Counted from the first letter of the stretch, positions 50,105 through 60,845 are shown. The stretch is DNA of 64,000 nucleotides from an uncultured Candidatus Saccharibacteria bacterium (GCA_964473815.1 CAYYQK010000001.1:179845-243844), one strand, 5' to 3'. Numbers and translations: made by a program. The notes: generated from the sequence alone by a model not told the origin.

Positions 50105-50422
50105 CTACATTTCATCAGAATGGCGGCGCTCTGAAATGCGTTTATCTTTTTCTTTGGTGAGCTGTTGCTTAATTTTCGGAATAACTAAATCTAAAGCTTC
50201 GTAAAAATCATTACCATTGGCTTCTGCGTAATGTCCGTGCGGGGTTATGTGAATTTCAACTCGGCTAAACAATCCCGAATTGTGATGTGTTTCTTCTGCG
50301 ACCTCTACCTGAATTTTTTCTTCTGGTCTGAGGAAACTTTCAAGTGGGGTTAATTTATCCTCAATGTTCTGCTTGATGGCGTCGGTTAGCGTTGTATTCG
50401 TAGCTTTGATTGTAATATGCAT
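50105..50422 (-). CDS. hpf: Ribosome hibernation promoting factor (short HPF/RaiA)
   Basis: ITIKATN..LTDAIK....KL; DFYEALD....KI.QQL.K.KDK; AGGAG RBS. Confidence 0.88.
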   Translation of the reverse strand: MHITIKATNTTLTDAIKQNIEDKLTPLESFLRPEEKIQVEVAEETHHNSGLFSRVEIHITPHGHYAEANGNDFYEALDLVIPKIKQQLTKEKDKRISERRHSDEM

Positions 50423-50450
50423 TTTATTTCTCCTTTGTTTAATTATATCA

Positions 50451-51875
50451 TTAGCTGATAAGTTCTTTTGCTAGTAGATTAAAACTACCTACTGCCATAA
50501 CAATTACCACATCTTGTGGTTGAAGTTCCATCTGCAATACACTATGTGCTTCTTGCTTATTGGCAACCAACCGAACATGTTTGTGATGCTTGCTAATTTC
50601 TTCCACCACTTGTTTGCCGGTAATGCTTTGTTCTGTCTTTGTTTCGCGAGCAGGATAAATTTCTGCGATTAACACTTCGTCAGCAGGTTCGAATGCTGTA
50701 GCAAGTTCATGGAATGTAGCCTCGGTGCGACTAAAGGTATGTGGTTCAAAGACTGCCCAAATTTTCGAATTAGGAAATTTAAGTCGTGCTGCACGTAAAG
50801 TTTCTTTAACTGCAGTTGGATGATGGGCGTAATCATCAAAAACTTTTACGCCGTTCTTTTCGCCAATAAATTCAAAGCGACGCTTGACTCCAAAGTAATT
50901 AGACAAACCATTTTGCACATCTTCTTGCGAAAAACCCAAAGTGCGAAGAAGGGCTATAACCCCGAGGGAATTGTAAACATTAATTTCGCCGAACAGGTTA
51001 ATTGAATATTTCTCTTCTCGTGCTTCGGTTTCTTCTTTAGTATTTCGATTCTTGCGCCACTCAACAGTAAACTCGGTCCCCTGTTCTGTTGATGAAATAT
51101 TAGTTGCTAAGAAGTCAGCGCTGTGTTTCAATCCAAACGAAACTTGTCCAAAACTATTTTCATGCATTAACTGAGCTAATGCAATGCTGTCAGCGTTGTA
51201 AACAATTAAACCGTCATCGGGTAAATTAGAAATTAGTTCACGGAATTCGGTTTGCATTTCTTCTAAAGATGCAAAGATGTCCGGGTGGTCGAATTCCAGG
51301 TTATTTAACAGCAAAATATCAGCTTTGTATTCATGAAACTTTGGTGTGGGATTGTCGAATAAGGCTTTGTACTCGTCCCCTTCAAAAACAAAGTAATGAC
51401 CATCGCCAACATGAAAATTTGCATTTTCTTTTTGCAAAACAGCGCCAGTCATAAACGAGCTATCGTCGATGTGCTGCAAACTAACACCAAGCAATCCCGC
51501 AGTGGTTGATTTTCCATGCGTGCCCGCTACCACGATGCGAAGCTTGTCATTGGCAATGGCACCGAGCAGCTCGCTTAAAGAATGTATTTCAATATTTTGT
51601 TCTTGCAACCAGGCAACTTCGGGATTCTTTAAATCTTCACCAGCAGAGGCAATGTATAAGTCTGCGCCAGCAGCCTTAACATTTTCAGCACTGTAGCCAA
51701 CAGTATACTTAATATCGTTCTCATCTAAAACAGATTTAGCAGGATCATAAATTGCCTGACTGTCGCTACCGGACACTTCAAAACCACTTTGTGCAGCAAT
51801 TCCAGCTGCCGCTGACATTCCTACGCCTCCGATACCAATAAAATAAATTGAGTGAATATCTTCTAAATTAAGCAT
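50451..51875 (-). CDS. MurC/Mpl family ligase with Mpl-like motifs
   Basis: IGIGGVGMS, GTHGKSTT, EGDEY.....PKF, NNLEFDHPDIF, DDYAHHPT, FEPHTFSRT. Confidence 0.88.
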   Translation of the reverse strand: MLNLEDIHSIYFIGIGGVGMSAAAGIAAQSGFEVSGSDSQAIYDPAKSVLDENDIKYTVGYSAENVKAAGADLYIASAGEDLKNPEVAWLQEQNIEIHSLSELLGAIANDKLRIVVAGTHGKSTTAGLLGVSLQHIDDSSFMTGAVLQKENANFHVGDGHYFVFEGDEYKALFDNPTPKFHEYKADILLLNNLEFDHPDIFASLEEMQTEFRELISNLPDDGLIVYNADSIALAQLMHENSFGQVSFGLKHSADFLATNISSTEQGTEFTVEWRKNRNTKEETEAREEKYSINLFGEINVYNSLGVIALLRTLGFSQEDVQNGLSNYFGVKRRFEFIGEKNGVKVFDDYAHHPTAVKETLRAARLKFPNSKIWAVFEPHTFSRTEATFHELATAFEPADEVLIAEIYPARETKTEQSITGKQVVEEISKHHKHVRLVANKQEAHSVLQMELQPQDVVIVMAVGSFNLLAKELIS

Positions 51876-52896
51876 TTGAAATTTTAGTTAATAAATGTTC
51901 AACCTTAGAGTGCGCGTGTTCAAGTTCTTTTTCTTTATCAGCTAACAATTGCCAAAGTTGTGGCAAATATTGTTTTGCTGTTTCGCGGCCGCTCTGATAA
52001 TAAATTTGGGTTTTACTAAAATCTGTAAAATGCAAAAATAAATATCTTTTCCAAAATGTCATATGTGAAGTATCGGGTGCAATAACTAGATCACAGTTAA
52101 AATTGCTATTGTTATATTCTTCGTCTCGCTTCTGGGCCTTCATTGCCAGGTCAATCGAACGATCAAGAACAGAATAAATTCTTGGGTTTATATTTTGATC
52201 GTGGGTATTTAAATCAGGATATTCAAGTAAATTAGAAAGTTTTACCCAGAGCGAGTTAATCGGTTTTGGCCATAACACTTGCTTAAAAATATCAACAATC
52301 TTTTTTAAACTTATTTGCCAACGACTAAAAATGTGGCGAGTCGCGCGCATATCAATCCCAATTACCAAATCACAATTGGCATCACGTGCTACATTGCCCG
52401 GTACAATGTTTACGATCCCCCCGTCAACCAATTGACGATTACCCCATTCCATTGGTTCAAATACACCCGGTAAAGTACATGACGCACAAATAGCATGAGC
52501 GATATCTCCAATTTGCAAAACAACCTCTTCACCGCTATTTAAGTCGGTAGTTACAAATCCAAGCTTGGGCTGCACATCTTCAAATTTTTTATTCTTTGTA
52601 TAAACACGCAATTCAGACTCAATTTTGGACAAACTATATAACCCACCACGCCCCTTGCTTCGTTCAATTAAATTGAACAAAAATTCTTTGTTCATTCGCA
52701 AAGCAACTTTTTTAAACTCCGCTAATGTACCGCTAGCAAAACTTGCTGCAACGATTGCTCCGCCTGACATCGCAGAAATATAGTCGACTGGGTAACCATT
52801 TTCGGCAAGTACTTCCAAAAGCCCTATGTAAAACATAGAGCGTGACGAAGCGCCGCTAAACGCAAAGCCAACTTTAGGTTTAATATTTGAATTCAT
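51868..52896 (-). CDS. Patatin-like phospholipase
   Basis: SGASSR oxyanion region, AMSGG nucleophile elbow, ASCTLPGVF, VDGG. Confidence 0.8.
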   Translation of the reverse strand: MNSNIKPKVGFAFSGASSRSMFYIGLLEVLAENGYPVDYISAMSGGAIVAASFASGTLAEFKKVALRMNKEFLFNLIERSKGRGGLYSLSKIESELRVYTKNKKFEDVQPKLGFVTTDLNSGEEVVLQIGDIAHAICASCTLPGVFEPMEWGNRQLVDGGIVNIVPGNVARDANCDLVIGIDMRATRHIFSRWQISLKKIVDIFKQVLWPKPINSLWVKLSNLLEYPDLNTHDQNINPRIYSVLDRSIDLAMKAQKRDEEYNNSNFNCDLVIAPDTSHMTFWKRYLFLHFTDFSKTQIYYQSGRETAKQYLPQLWQLLADKEKELEHAHSKVEHLLTKISNA

Positions 52897-52897
52897 T

Positions 52898-54052
52898 TTA
52901 AGATTTACTTTCTATCAAATCGGTAATAACTTTTAACATTCTGCCCGACCCTTCACCAGGAATAATTTTTCTGATATTATCCTGCATTTTTTTCTGCAGC
53001 TTTGCATCCAAGAAAATTTTCTGGACAACCCGGCCCAATGAGCCTGGCTCTATATCTTCCTGATCTAAAACGATTGCTGCATCATTTTCATACAAAAACT
53101 GGGCATTTTCTTCTTGATGACTCCGTGGCATCGGCACTATGATACTGGTTTTGCTCAAAGTTGCCAAGTCCACAATAGTCCCAATGCCGGCTCGAGAAAT
53201 TACTAAATCAGCTGCAGCATATGCTAAGTCACGGCGATCTATGAATTCGTATTGATGATATCGTTCGTGAATTTCCGGCTCATCATGTGGCAATTCAACC
53301 ATCTTGCCTTTGCCGGTGCCATGGATAATTTGTGCCACTTCGAGCAAGTCAGAAATATTTTCAGATATAACTTTATTCAATCCTGTAGCTCCGGAACCAC
53401 CACCTAAAACAAAAATTGTTGGCCACTTCGGATTCAAATTAAAGATCTTAGCGGCCTCTTGTTTAGTTTTTGAACTCAAAGCAGTTTTTTCGTCTAAATC
53501 GCAAGGGCTGCCAGTCCAAAATATTTTGGTATGACTGTAATCTTTTTCAAAGCCGGTACCTTGAGAAAAATCACGAATAGATTTTTCGAAAGTAACTGTA
53601 ATCCTATCGGCTATTGGGGCCGTCAGACGATTAGAAAAAGTTGGCACAATATCTAACTGATGAATTACTCGAGGGATACGTAAAATCCAGGCTGCGATCA
53701 TTACCGGTACCTGAACATATCCACCAGCGCCAATAACGACAATTGGACGCAATCGCATAAGTAAAAATAATGATTGAAATATGCCAATTAAAATTAATAA
53801 CGGGCTTAATATATTTTTTATAGATACATAGCGACGTAATTTACCAGCAGTAATTTTTTTGAATTCAAAATTTTGCTTCGGCACTATATGCGCGGCCACA
53901 GAAGTTTTGCGATCTAAAAATATTGGGCAAATATTAGGATTTAGTGATTGCCAATATTTAGCCAAACTCAATAACGGGATTACTGGTCCCGCTGTTTCCC
54001 CTCCTGCAAAGATCACGTATTGTTTTTTTGTAGTTGGTTTTTGTTTAGGCAT
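52898..54052 (-). CDS. murG: Lipid II GlcNAc transferase MurG
   Basis: GGETAGP, GKLRRY, GGYVQVP, GGGSGA, SRAG, HQEENA. Confidence 0.92.
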   Translation of the reverse strand: MPKQKPTTKKQYVIFAGGETAGPVIPLLSLAKYWQSLNPNICPIFLDRKTSVAAHIVPKQNFEFKKITAGKLRRYVSIKNILSPLLILIGIFQSLFLLMRLRPIVVIGAGGYVQVPVMIAAWILRIPRVIHQLDIVPTFSNRLTAPIADRITVTFEKSIRDFSQGTGFEKDYSHTKIFWTGSPCDLDEKTALSSKTKQEAAKIFNLNPKWPTIFVLGGGSGATGLNKVISENISDLLEVAQIIHGTGKGKMVELPHDEPEIHERYHQYEFIDRRDLAYAAADLVISRAGIGTIVDLATLSKTSIIVPMPRSHQEENAQFLYENDAAIVLDQEDIEPGSLGRVVQKIFLDAKLQKKMQDNIRKIIPGEGSGRMLKVITDLIESKS

Positions 54053-55217
54053 TTTCTTCCTCTGGCTCAAATACCGGTTTAATGTGGTATTTGTATAACA
54101 GATGATAAACTTCTAAAGTTTTTTTCGCGGTTTCATTCCAGGTAAACTTTTCAGCACGAGCTAGGCTCTTTTCTTGCATCTGCGCATGAAATTGCGTGTC
54201 CTTGGCGATCAATTCCATGTGTTCTGCAATATCTTCCGGATTTAATGGGTCAAAGTAAATTGCGCCATTGTCATAGACTTCATTAAAAACCGGCGTATTT
54301 GAGGCTAAAACTGGCAAACCATATTGCATTGCCTCCAGTCCTGGCAATCCAAATCCTTCGTGCAGTGAAGCTGTAATAAATGCGTACGCCCCTTGGTACA
54401 ATGCTGCTTGATCGGTTTCTTCCACGAAACCAGTGAAGACTAACCGATTGTGGTGCGAAATATCCATGGCCTGGTCTTTGACTTCCGGATAATGGCGATC
54501 GACTTTACCGGCAATGACCAAATCCATATCGAACTTATGTTTGTTCAAGAAAATATCAAACGCCTTTGTGAGGGTCGTAATATTTTTCTTTCGTTCTAAT
54601 GTGCCGACGAATAAAAAGTATGGTCGTGAGAGTAAAAATTTCTGTTTAACTTTCGAGACATCGACATTGTTTTTCAAAACTTCAGTCGGTGCTTCGTATG
54701 TTACGACAATTTTGTCTTCATCTATATTTAAATATTTGATAATTTCTTGTTTTGCAACCTCACTCACAGTCAGAATCACTTCTGAGTTTTGCGCCGCCTT
54801 CTCTATAATATATTTATATGCATAAAATTTCCACAAACGAGATTTGTTTTGACCGCTGATTTTATGATGGATCGTATCATGAATAGTGACCACGAAAGGC
54901 TTCCGATACCAAACCGGTACATTGAAGTTTGGAAAGTGCATTAAATCCAAATTATACTGATTCAAAATTCTTGGCAGTCGAATTTGTTCTGCAAATGAAT
55001 AATGACCAATATTAGTTTTCACCAATTCTGCACCAAGCTCTTGTAAAACTTTTAAATCTTCTGGGTTATGGTTTTTGTCATGATAAAAAACCACAAAGTC
55101 ATCATTAGTGTTACTATTTTTATTTTCGAGCAACATCGCTTTAAGCAACTCGAAGCTGTACCGGCCAATGCCCGAATTGATACTTCCACCCATTCGAAAA
55201 TCAAAACCTATTTTCAT
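54045..55217 (-). CDS. Glycosyltransferase family 4
   Basis: GIGRY, VTIHD, VGTLERKKN, EGFGLPGLEAM. Confidence 0.92.
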   Translation of the reverse strand: MKIGFDFRMGGSINSGIGRYSFELLKAMLLENKNSNTNDDFVVFYHDKNHNPEDLKVLQELGAELVKTNIGHYSFAEQIRLPRILNQYNLDLMHFPNFNVPVWYRKPFVVTIHDTIHHKISGQNKSRLWKFYAYKYIIEKAAQNSEVILTVSEVAKQEIIKYLNIDEDKIVVTYEAPTEVLKNNVDVSKVKQKFLLSRPYFLFVGTLERKKNITTLTKAFDIFLNKHKFDMDLVIAGKVDRHYPEVKDQAMDISHHNRLVFTGFVEETDQAALYQGAYAFITASLHEGFGLPGLEAMQYGLPVLASNTPVFNEVYDNGAIYFDPLNPEDIAEHMELIAKDTQFHAQMQEKSLARAEKFTWNETAKKTLEVYHLLYKYHIKPVFEPEEENA

Positions 55218-55220
55218 AAC

Positions 55221-56378
55221 TTAAGTTAAAGCTGTTTGGACTAATTCTGCGCATCGCTGCCAAGTGAATTGTTTACTGCGTTCAATGCCTTTGCTAATAA
55301 AATCATCGCGTAGTGCCTGGTCATCATTTAGCTTGTGAATACCGTCGGCTATATCATCAACATTGTAAGGATTAACCAGCAGAGCAGCATTACCAGCCAC
55401 CTCAGGTAAGCTAGTCACATTAGAGGTCAAAACTGGAGTGCCCACAGCCATTGCTTCTAATACTGGCAATCCAAAGCCTTCGTATAAACTTGGCCAGACA
55501 AAAACCCGGGCCAATTTCATTATATAAGGCTTATCAGCTTCTGGCACATAGCCTAGAACGTGAATGTATCGGCGTTTAGGGCTATTGTCGATCTGCTGCA
55601 GGATATTATCGTATTTCCAGCCCAATTTGCCTGCGATTACTAAATGGAGAGGTTCTTTGAGCTTTTCAAAAGCAGCTAAAATATTCTGGATATTTTTCCG
55701 CGGTTCAACTGTCCCTAGGTATAATACGTAATCACCAGGCAGATTGTAACGGTTGCGGACATTGCGTAGCCGGTCGACATTTAAATCTTGATGATAATTT
55801 TCCTGGTCAACTCCGAGTGGTGCGACAATAATTTTCTTTTCCGGAATGTTTAGCTTTTCTATTAGGGACAATTTTGTAAATTCGGATACAGCAACAATTT
55901 TATGAGCCCGTTTTAGCAATTTTGGAATGTTAATGAACCAGTGCCAAATGCGCTGTTTGAGATTATAAAATTCTGGGAATACTAACGGGGAAAGGTCGTG
56001 AGCTGTTAATACAACTTTGGTTTTTGGTTCAACTGAAAGCATGGTCCAGTTTGGCATAAAAAAGATATCACTTTCCCCTGCTAGCTTCTCCAGTTTTGGC
56101 CACTTCAAAAACTTCAATGCAATATTGAGCAAACGGTTTGGAAAACGGGTTTGTTTATACTCAGCGTTAACAAAATGAAAGTACTCAAACTTCTTAGGTG
56201 TATAGGCATTATAAAAAAGTTTATAATTATTGAGTTTGTCGAGTGAAAGTAATTGCTCAAGAACATTCACAGTGTAACTTTCAACACCACTAAACTCAGT
56301 TGTATGCAAACTTCGTAGGTCCACTGTAATCTGTTTTGGTGCAAGCGTAGTATGATGTTTTACTTCTATGTTATTCAT
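55221..56378 (-). CDS. Glycosyltransferase family 4
   Basis: [23 protein letters not shown]. Confidence 0.92.
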   Translation of the reverse strand: MNNIEVKHHTTLAPKQITVDLRSLHTTEFSGVESYTVNVLEQLLSLDKLNNYKLFYNAYTPKKFEYFHFVNAEYKQTRFPNRLLNIALKFLKWPKLEKLAGESDIFFMPNWTMLSVEPKTKVVLTAHDLSPLVFPEFYNLKQRIWHWFINIPKLLKRAHKIVAVSEFTKLSLIEKLNIPEKKIIVAPLGVDQENYHQDLNVDRLRNVRNRYNLPGDYVLYLGTVEPRKNIQNILAAFEKLKEPLHLVIAGKLGWKYDNILQQIDNSPKRRYIHVLGYVPEADKPYIMKLARVFVWPSLYEGFGLPVLEAMAVGTPVLTSNVTSLPEVAGNAALLVNPYNVDDIADGIHKLNDDQALRDDFISKGIERSKQFTWQRCAELVQTALT

Positions 56379-57486
56379 GGCTTTGCATATAATTGCTGAT
56401 AGTAGCTGAAATCTTATCTTTGAATGCAGGTTTGCTGAATTGTTGGGCGTGCGCGATTAATTCAGATTGGTTGTATTTTGTGTCTTTCCAATTTTTTAAT
56501 GCTTCGATTAAAGTTTCTACGGTAATGGTTTCCAATAACTCGCCAGTCTTACCGGGTATGATTGTTTCGAGTGAGCCGCCCTTCGCAAGACCTATTGTAG
56601 CAGTCCCACAGAGAGCTGCCTCTAGCGGCATCAAACCGAAATCTTCCAGTTGAGGGTAAATAAAGCCGCGAGCACCACTATATTGCTGACGTAATTCTTC
56701 GTCTGAAACATAACCTAAAAAAGTTACGTTAGATTTAGCCATTGTTTTTAATTCCCTTTCAAATCGACCGGTACCAGCAACATGTAATGGCCAACAAAGT
56801 TCATTGAAAGCCGCGATTACTGTTTCCAATCCTTTTGCATATTGCAATCGCCCTGCTATTAGAAAATAATCTTGCTTGGGTTGCGTTGGTTTCCAAAAAT
56901 CAACATCAACAAACGGGTAAATAACTTCACTGTCGCGGTTGTAAACTTTTTTTAGCCGACGCTGAATCTCTTTTGAGTTAGCAATAAAGAAATCTACTTT
57001 TTTTGCAGCTGCTAAATCCCATTTCCTTTGCCAAGCAAAAAACATCTTTGCTATTGGGCGCAACAAGGACGGAATTTCACGAAGGGCAAACTCGGGATCA
57101 ACCCAAAGGAAACGAGTTGGCGTGTGACAATAATTAATATGCTTAGTACCAGACGGTTTGTACAAACCTTTTATATACGAGGAGCTTGTTGATAAAATCA
57201 ACTTTGGTTTAGCTTTGAATGGATTCCAGAAATTTAAAATTAGCGGAATGATCGCGAAATAATGTGTCAGTTTAGGATAGATGGCATAAAGAGTTTGCAA
57301 CGGACTGGTAATAAATTTCCAGTTCGGAAATTTTTGACGGAATTTTTCATCAACCACTAAAGTCACTACGGGACTGGTTGGGAATATTTTATGCACACCT
57401 TCAAAAAAACGCTCTGCTCCACCGAATTGAGTGAAAGAATCGTGCGCTAAGACAACATCTTCGTCTTTTAGATTAGTAATCATCAT
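56371..57486 (-). CDS. Glycosyltransferase family 4 (WbaZ-like)
   Basis: HD...GGAER, YCHTPTR, EDFGLMPLEA. Confidence 0.9.
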   Translation of the reverse strand: MMITNLKDEDVVLAHDSFTQFGGAERFFEGVHKIFPTSPVVTLVVDEKFRQKFPNWKFITSPLQTLYAIYPKLTHYFAIIPLILNFWNPFKAKPKLILSTSSSYIKGLYKPSGTKHINYCHTPTRFLWVDPEFALREIPSLLRPIAKMFFAWQRKWDLAAAKKVDFFIANSKEIQRRLKKVYNRDSEVIYPFVDVDFWKPTQPKQDYFLIAGRLQYAKGLETVIAAFNELCWPLHVAGTGRFERELKTMAKSNVTFLGYVSDEELRQQYSGARGFIYPQLEDFGLMPLEAALCGTATIGLAKGGSLETIIPGKTGELLETITVETLIEALKNWKDTKYNQSELIAHAQQFSKPAFKDKISATISNYMQSHE

Positions 57487-58918
57487 TAGGTTTAACCGCA
57501 AAGAAAATCAAGTAAAAACTTTTCGCAAGCACTTTGATGTCCAGCCATAAGGACCAGTTTTCAATATAAAAAGTGTTGATCTTGATTTCTTCATCGAATG
57601 GCAAATCTGGCCAAAGAATTTGCGCGTTTTGAGACAAACCAAACACACCCGGCTTCACGCTAAAGATGCGGAGATTCTGGTCCCGGTATCGTTCGACTTC
57701 TTGAATCATGTGTGCACGCGGACCAACCATGCTCATACTGCCCATTAAGACGTTCCAAAATTGTGGAATTTCGTCTAATTTAGTTTTTCTGATGATGCGT
57801 CCGACTTTAGTAACGCGTGGATCATTCTTAATTTTTAGAAAAGGGCTTTCGTAACCACCGCGAGTATTGTTCCGCCAAAGTTCTTCTCGGACCTTCAGAG
57901 CGCTCTCGCCGCCGTAGTCATCACCATCACTTAAATGCGTGTACATGCTACGAAACTTGTAAAATTCAAAGTCGCGCATGTAACCACCGCGAACTTGTTT
58001 GTATATGGCCGGACCCTTACTGTCTAATTTAACCGCAATGTAAATTATTAAAAACAGTGGTGAGGCGAGAAGCAAACAAATTAAACTAGCCATAATATCG
58101 AAAGCGCGTTTTAAAACTTTGCCCCATCCATCGAGCGGACTATTTTTTAAACTAATTACCGGGATACCAGAATAATTCCCCAGTTCGATAACATTACGCT
58201 GCACTTCAAACAAGTTAGGTACGAAACTAAATTGCAAACCTTTACTACGAGCAAACTCTACCAATTGCGCGCTAGCTTCTTGTGGCAAATAAGGATTGGC
58301 AGACATTAATTCATCAAAATTATATTCTGAATAAGACTTTTCAATTTGTTGAATAATATCTTCGCTGTAATCAATCTCATCCACAACTAAATAACCGTAT
58401 TGTGGGTCACGTAAAATACGCATGATTGCATCTGATTCACTCCCGGCACCGTTAATGATTAGCAAGCGGTGCAACCCATAGCCATGAGTGAAAGAATATC
58501 CCTGAATCTTTTTTAACAAGTACCGACCGATCAAAACGAAAATAGTTGCAAAGAACCAAGTCGCTAAAATAATAAATCGGGACGGAAAAATTGTTTGATT
58601 AAAGAAAAACAATAAGATTACAACCAGTAATCCTAATGAAGTTCCCATGGCAATACGGGCAAGTTCAGACATAAACCTACGAGTCCCCTTTAAATTGTAC
58701 AAACCTAAAATTGCGAACAAGGCAACCAAAACTGGTGCCATCCAAACTATGACAAACAAAAACTCGTGCAAAGACAATTTATAAGCCACGGGACCAACGT
58801 AATACTCAACCTTTTCCACATGTGAGCGGACATAAAAAGAAACAATCCCAGCGCCTATTAGAGAGATAATATCTACTGGGATTGAGAGCAAATTAAAGAG
58901 TAATTCCGCGCGTTTCAT
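57473..58918 (-). CDS. Priming polyprenyl-phosphate sugar-1-phosphate transferase (WcaJ/WbaP type)
   Basis: N-terminal TMs; [42 protein letters not shown]. Confidence 0.93.
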   Translation of the reverse strand: MKRAELLFNLLSIPVDIISLIGAGIVSFYVRSHVEKVEYYVGPVAYKLSLHEFLFVIVWMAPVLVALFAILGLYNLKGTRRFMSELARIAMGTSLGLLVVILLFFFNQTIFPSRFIILATWFFATIFVLIGRYLLKKIQGYSFTHGYGLHRLLIINGAGSESDAIMRILRDPQYGYLVVDEIDYSEDIIQQIEKSYSEYNFDELMSANPYLPQEASAQLVEFARSKGLQFSFVPNLFEVQRNVIELGNYSGIPVISLKNSPLDGWGKVLKRAFDIMASLICLLLASPLFLIIYIAVKLDSKGPAIYKQVRGGYMRDFEFYKFRSMYTHLSDGDDYGGESALKVREELWRNNTRGGYESPFLKIKNDPRVTKVGRIIRKTKLDEIPQFWNVLMGSMSMVGPRAHMIQEVERYRDQNLRIFSVKPGVFGLSQNAQILWPDLPFDEEIKINTFYIENWSLWLDIKVLAKSFYLIFFAVKPNDDY

Positions 58919-58925
58919 GGCTTTT

Positions 58926-58934
58926 ATTATACCA
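58926..58934 (-). promoter_or_regulatory. Extended -10 promoter of the glycan/murG operon (leaderless geometry)
   Basis: TGGTATAAT 7 nt before ATG 58918. Confidence 0.7.
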
Positions 58935-58967
58935 TTTTGCGACCCGTCTGAAAACAGGTTGAAAATC

Positions 58968-58996
58968 TTGACAAAACCCCTTAAATATGGTAAATT
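58968..58996 (+). promoter_or_regulatory. rnpB promoter
   Basis: TTGACA-17-TAAATT with TG; predicted start site matches the P1 5' end. Confidence 0.8.
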
Positions 58997-59002
58997 AGTG
59001 GA

Positions 59003-59302
59003 GTTCTAAGCAAATCGAATGATCGCCCTGGCAGCCAAAAGCCGCTGGGGAGGAAAGTCCGAACACTTAAGTTGATGGCCTCTATAGAGCTATTAACACT
59101 GGTAGCGGGTAACGCCCGCCGAGGGTAACCTTAGAGATGCGAACAGTGACGAATCGTTTCGGAAACGAAACGGGTGAAACGGCTAAATTCTTACCTAAGT
59201 GCAACGTCAAATTTGGTAGACGGCACCGAGGTTGTTGGTAACAACAATCCCAGATAGATGATCATTTAGAAACAAAATTCGGCTTACGAGTTTGCTTAGG
59301 AC
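59003..59302 (+). ncRNA. rnpB: RNase P RNA (reduced, ~300 nt)
   Basis: GAGGAAAGTCC, GGGTGAAACGG and ACAAAATTCGGCTTAC conserved regions; P1 GTTCTAAGCAAA/TTTGCTTAGGAC. Confidence 0.93.
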
Positions 59303-59344
59303 AAAACAAAAGTACATGAATAAAGCTCGTGTACTTTTGTTTTA
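59303..59344 (+). terminator. Terminator after rnpB
   Basis: AAAACAAAAGTACA...TGTACTTTTGTTTT inverted repeat. Confidence 0.7.
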
Positions 59345-59374
59345 TTTCGAAGAAAAATTTGGAGGACAATAAAG

Positions 59375-59671
59375 ATGGGAAAACAAAAACCGGGATGGAA
59401 AATAACTATTCAGGGCGAATCGCTGATTTACGAGTTTGCGGGTAATGAGGAGGAACTGGATAAGTCTTTAGAATTCATTAGTCGAACATACCCAGAGCTC
59501 GACAATGAAAACATCAAAATGGAACGCATCGAATTAAAGATCTGGGGAAGAAAACCGACGAATCAAAATGAGAACGCTCAATCGGAAAATAACCCGGCAT
59601 CTGAGACCGGGCAGTCTGATGAAGCTAGCGCTGAGCATACAGAACTCTCTTCGTCTTCTGATCAATCTTAA
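59375..59671 (+). CDS. Hypothetical acidic orphan with disordered tail
   Basis: GGAGG RBS; ORF fills the gap between rnpB and uppS. Confidence 0.6.
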   Translation: MGKQKPGWKITIQGESLIYEFAGNEEELDKSLEFISRTYPELDNENIKMERIELKIWGRKPTNQNENAQSENNPASETGQSDEASAEHTELSSSSDQS

Positions 59672-59673
59672 GA

Positions 59674-60366
59674 TTAACTTCCCAATCGTCGTTCACGGCG
59701 GTCGTACTCAACGATCGCCTTTTTTAATTCAGGAATTTTAAAATCAGGCCAAAGTAAATCTGTAAAATAGAATTGACTATTGGCTGTGTGCCACATCATA
59801 AATCCTGCTGACCAATGGGGTTCACCGCCAGTACGAATCACCAAATCAACTTCTGGTAATTCCCCTGTCCATAAAGATTGATGCAAAGTTTTTTCAGTGA
59901 CAGTTTTTTCTTTTTTTACTAAAGCATTTACAGCTGCCACCATCTCCCTCTGGCCATCATAACCAAATAACAAAGTAAGATTATTATTTGTATAATGTGC
60001 TGTGTCTTTTTCTAGCTGTTCAGCTAATTGCAAAGTTTTTTTATCAACCATTTTGCGCCACTCGCCTATTATTCTCACACGAGTTTTATTGGCATGAATT
60101 TGCTCGGTCAACTTCGGATTCAAAATCTCTGTCCGAAGCAATTTCATCAAAAAATCAATTTCCAGCTTTGAACGCTTGGTTAAATTGTCGTAAGAGCCCG
60201 CCCAAATAGTTAAGTATTTAACGCCCATTTTGGCAGCCTCAGCAGAAACTTCCCAGAACCGTTTTACACCTTCTTCGTGGCCAGCAGTAGGTCCAAAACG
60301 ATGGGCTTTCGCCCATCGTCGGTTTCCATCTGGAATTATTGCAATGTGATTAGGAATTTTATCCAT
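59674..60366 (-). CDS. uppS: Undecaprenyl/polyprenyl diphosphate synthase
   Basis: HIAIIPDGNRRWA, DLVIRTGGE, LWPDF, RERRLG. Confidence 0.94.
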   Translation of the reverse strand: MDKIPNHIAIIPDGNRRWAKAHRFGPTAGHEEGVKRFWEVSAEAAKMGVKYLTIWAGSYDNLTKRSKLEIDFLMKLLRTEILNPKLTEQIHANKTRVRIIGEWRKMVDKKTLQLAEQLEKDTAHYTNNNLTLLFGYDGQREMVAAVNALVKKEKTVTEKTLHQSLWTGELPEVDLVIRTGGEPHWSAGFMMWHTANSQFYFTDLLWPDFKIPELKKAIVEYDRRERRLGS

Positions 60367-60845
60367 TACATTCCACCATTATCATCAGCTGAAGGACCAT
60401 AAATGGCCGGCACTTTACCACCGGCCAATCGAACATAGACAGAAAGTTGCCCGCGGTGATGAATCATGTCGAGCAAAAGCATGTACACAAAAGCGCCGCG
60501 AGTCATGTCCATTCCCCATGCTGAAAAAGGTAAATTAAAATCTTCTTCAGAAGTTTTTTCAGCTAGTGCCAAAAAATCATCAGCAATAGAATCAAAAGAC
60601 GCGATTCCTTCCGTGATAAAATCAAACTCAGGAACTTTTTTCATAACATCTTCTGGCTGCTTGCCCGCCAAAAAATCCAAGTTCAAAAACATCTCAGCCA
60701 TAAAAGTGCGCAACAAATCTTTTATCGAATTTGAACGTTCATGCGGGCGATAATCCAATTTATCTTCCGGTACAGCCTTTAAAACCTTTAAGGTGATTGG
60801 AATTTCTCGCCGATATGCGCGTATGATATCGTCTTTTGTGATCAT
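60366..60845 (-). CDS. DinB family protein
   Basis: DYRPH, IHHRGQLSVYVR..G..VPAIYGPSAD. Confidence 0.9.
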   Translation of the reverse strand: MITKDDIIRAYRREIPITLKVLKAVPEDKLDYRPHERSNSIKDLLRTFMAEMFLNLDFLAGKQPEDVMKKVPEFDFITEGIASFDSIADDFLALAEKTSEEDFNLPFSAWGMDMTRGAFVYMLLLDMIHHRGQLSVYVRLAGGKVPAIYGPSADDNGGM

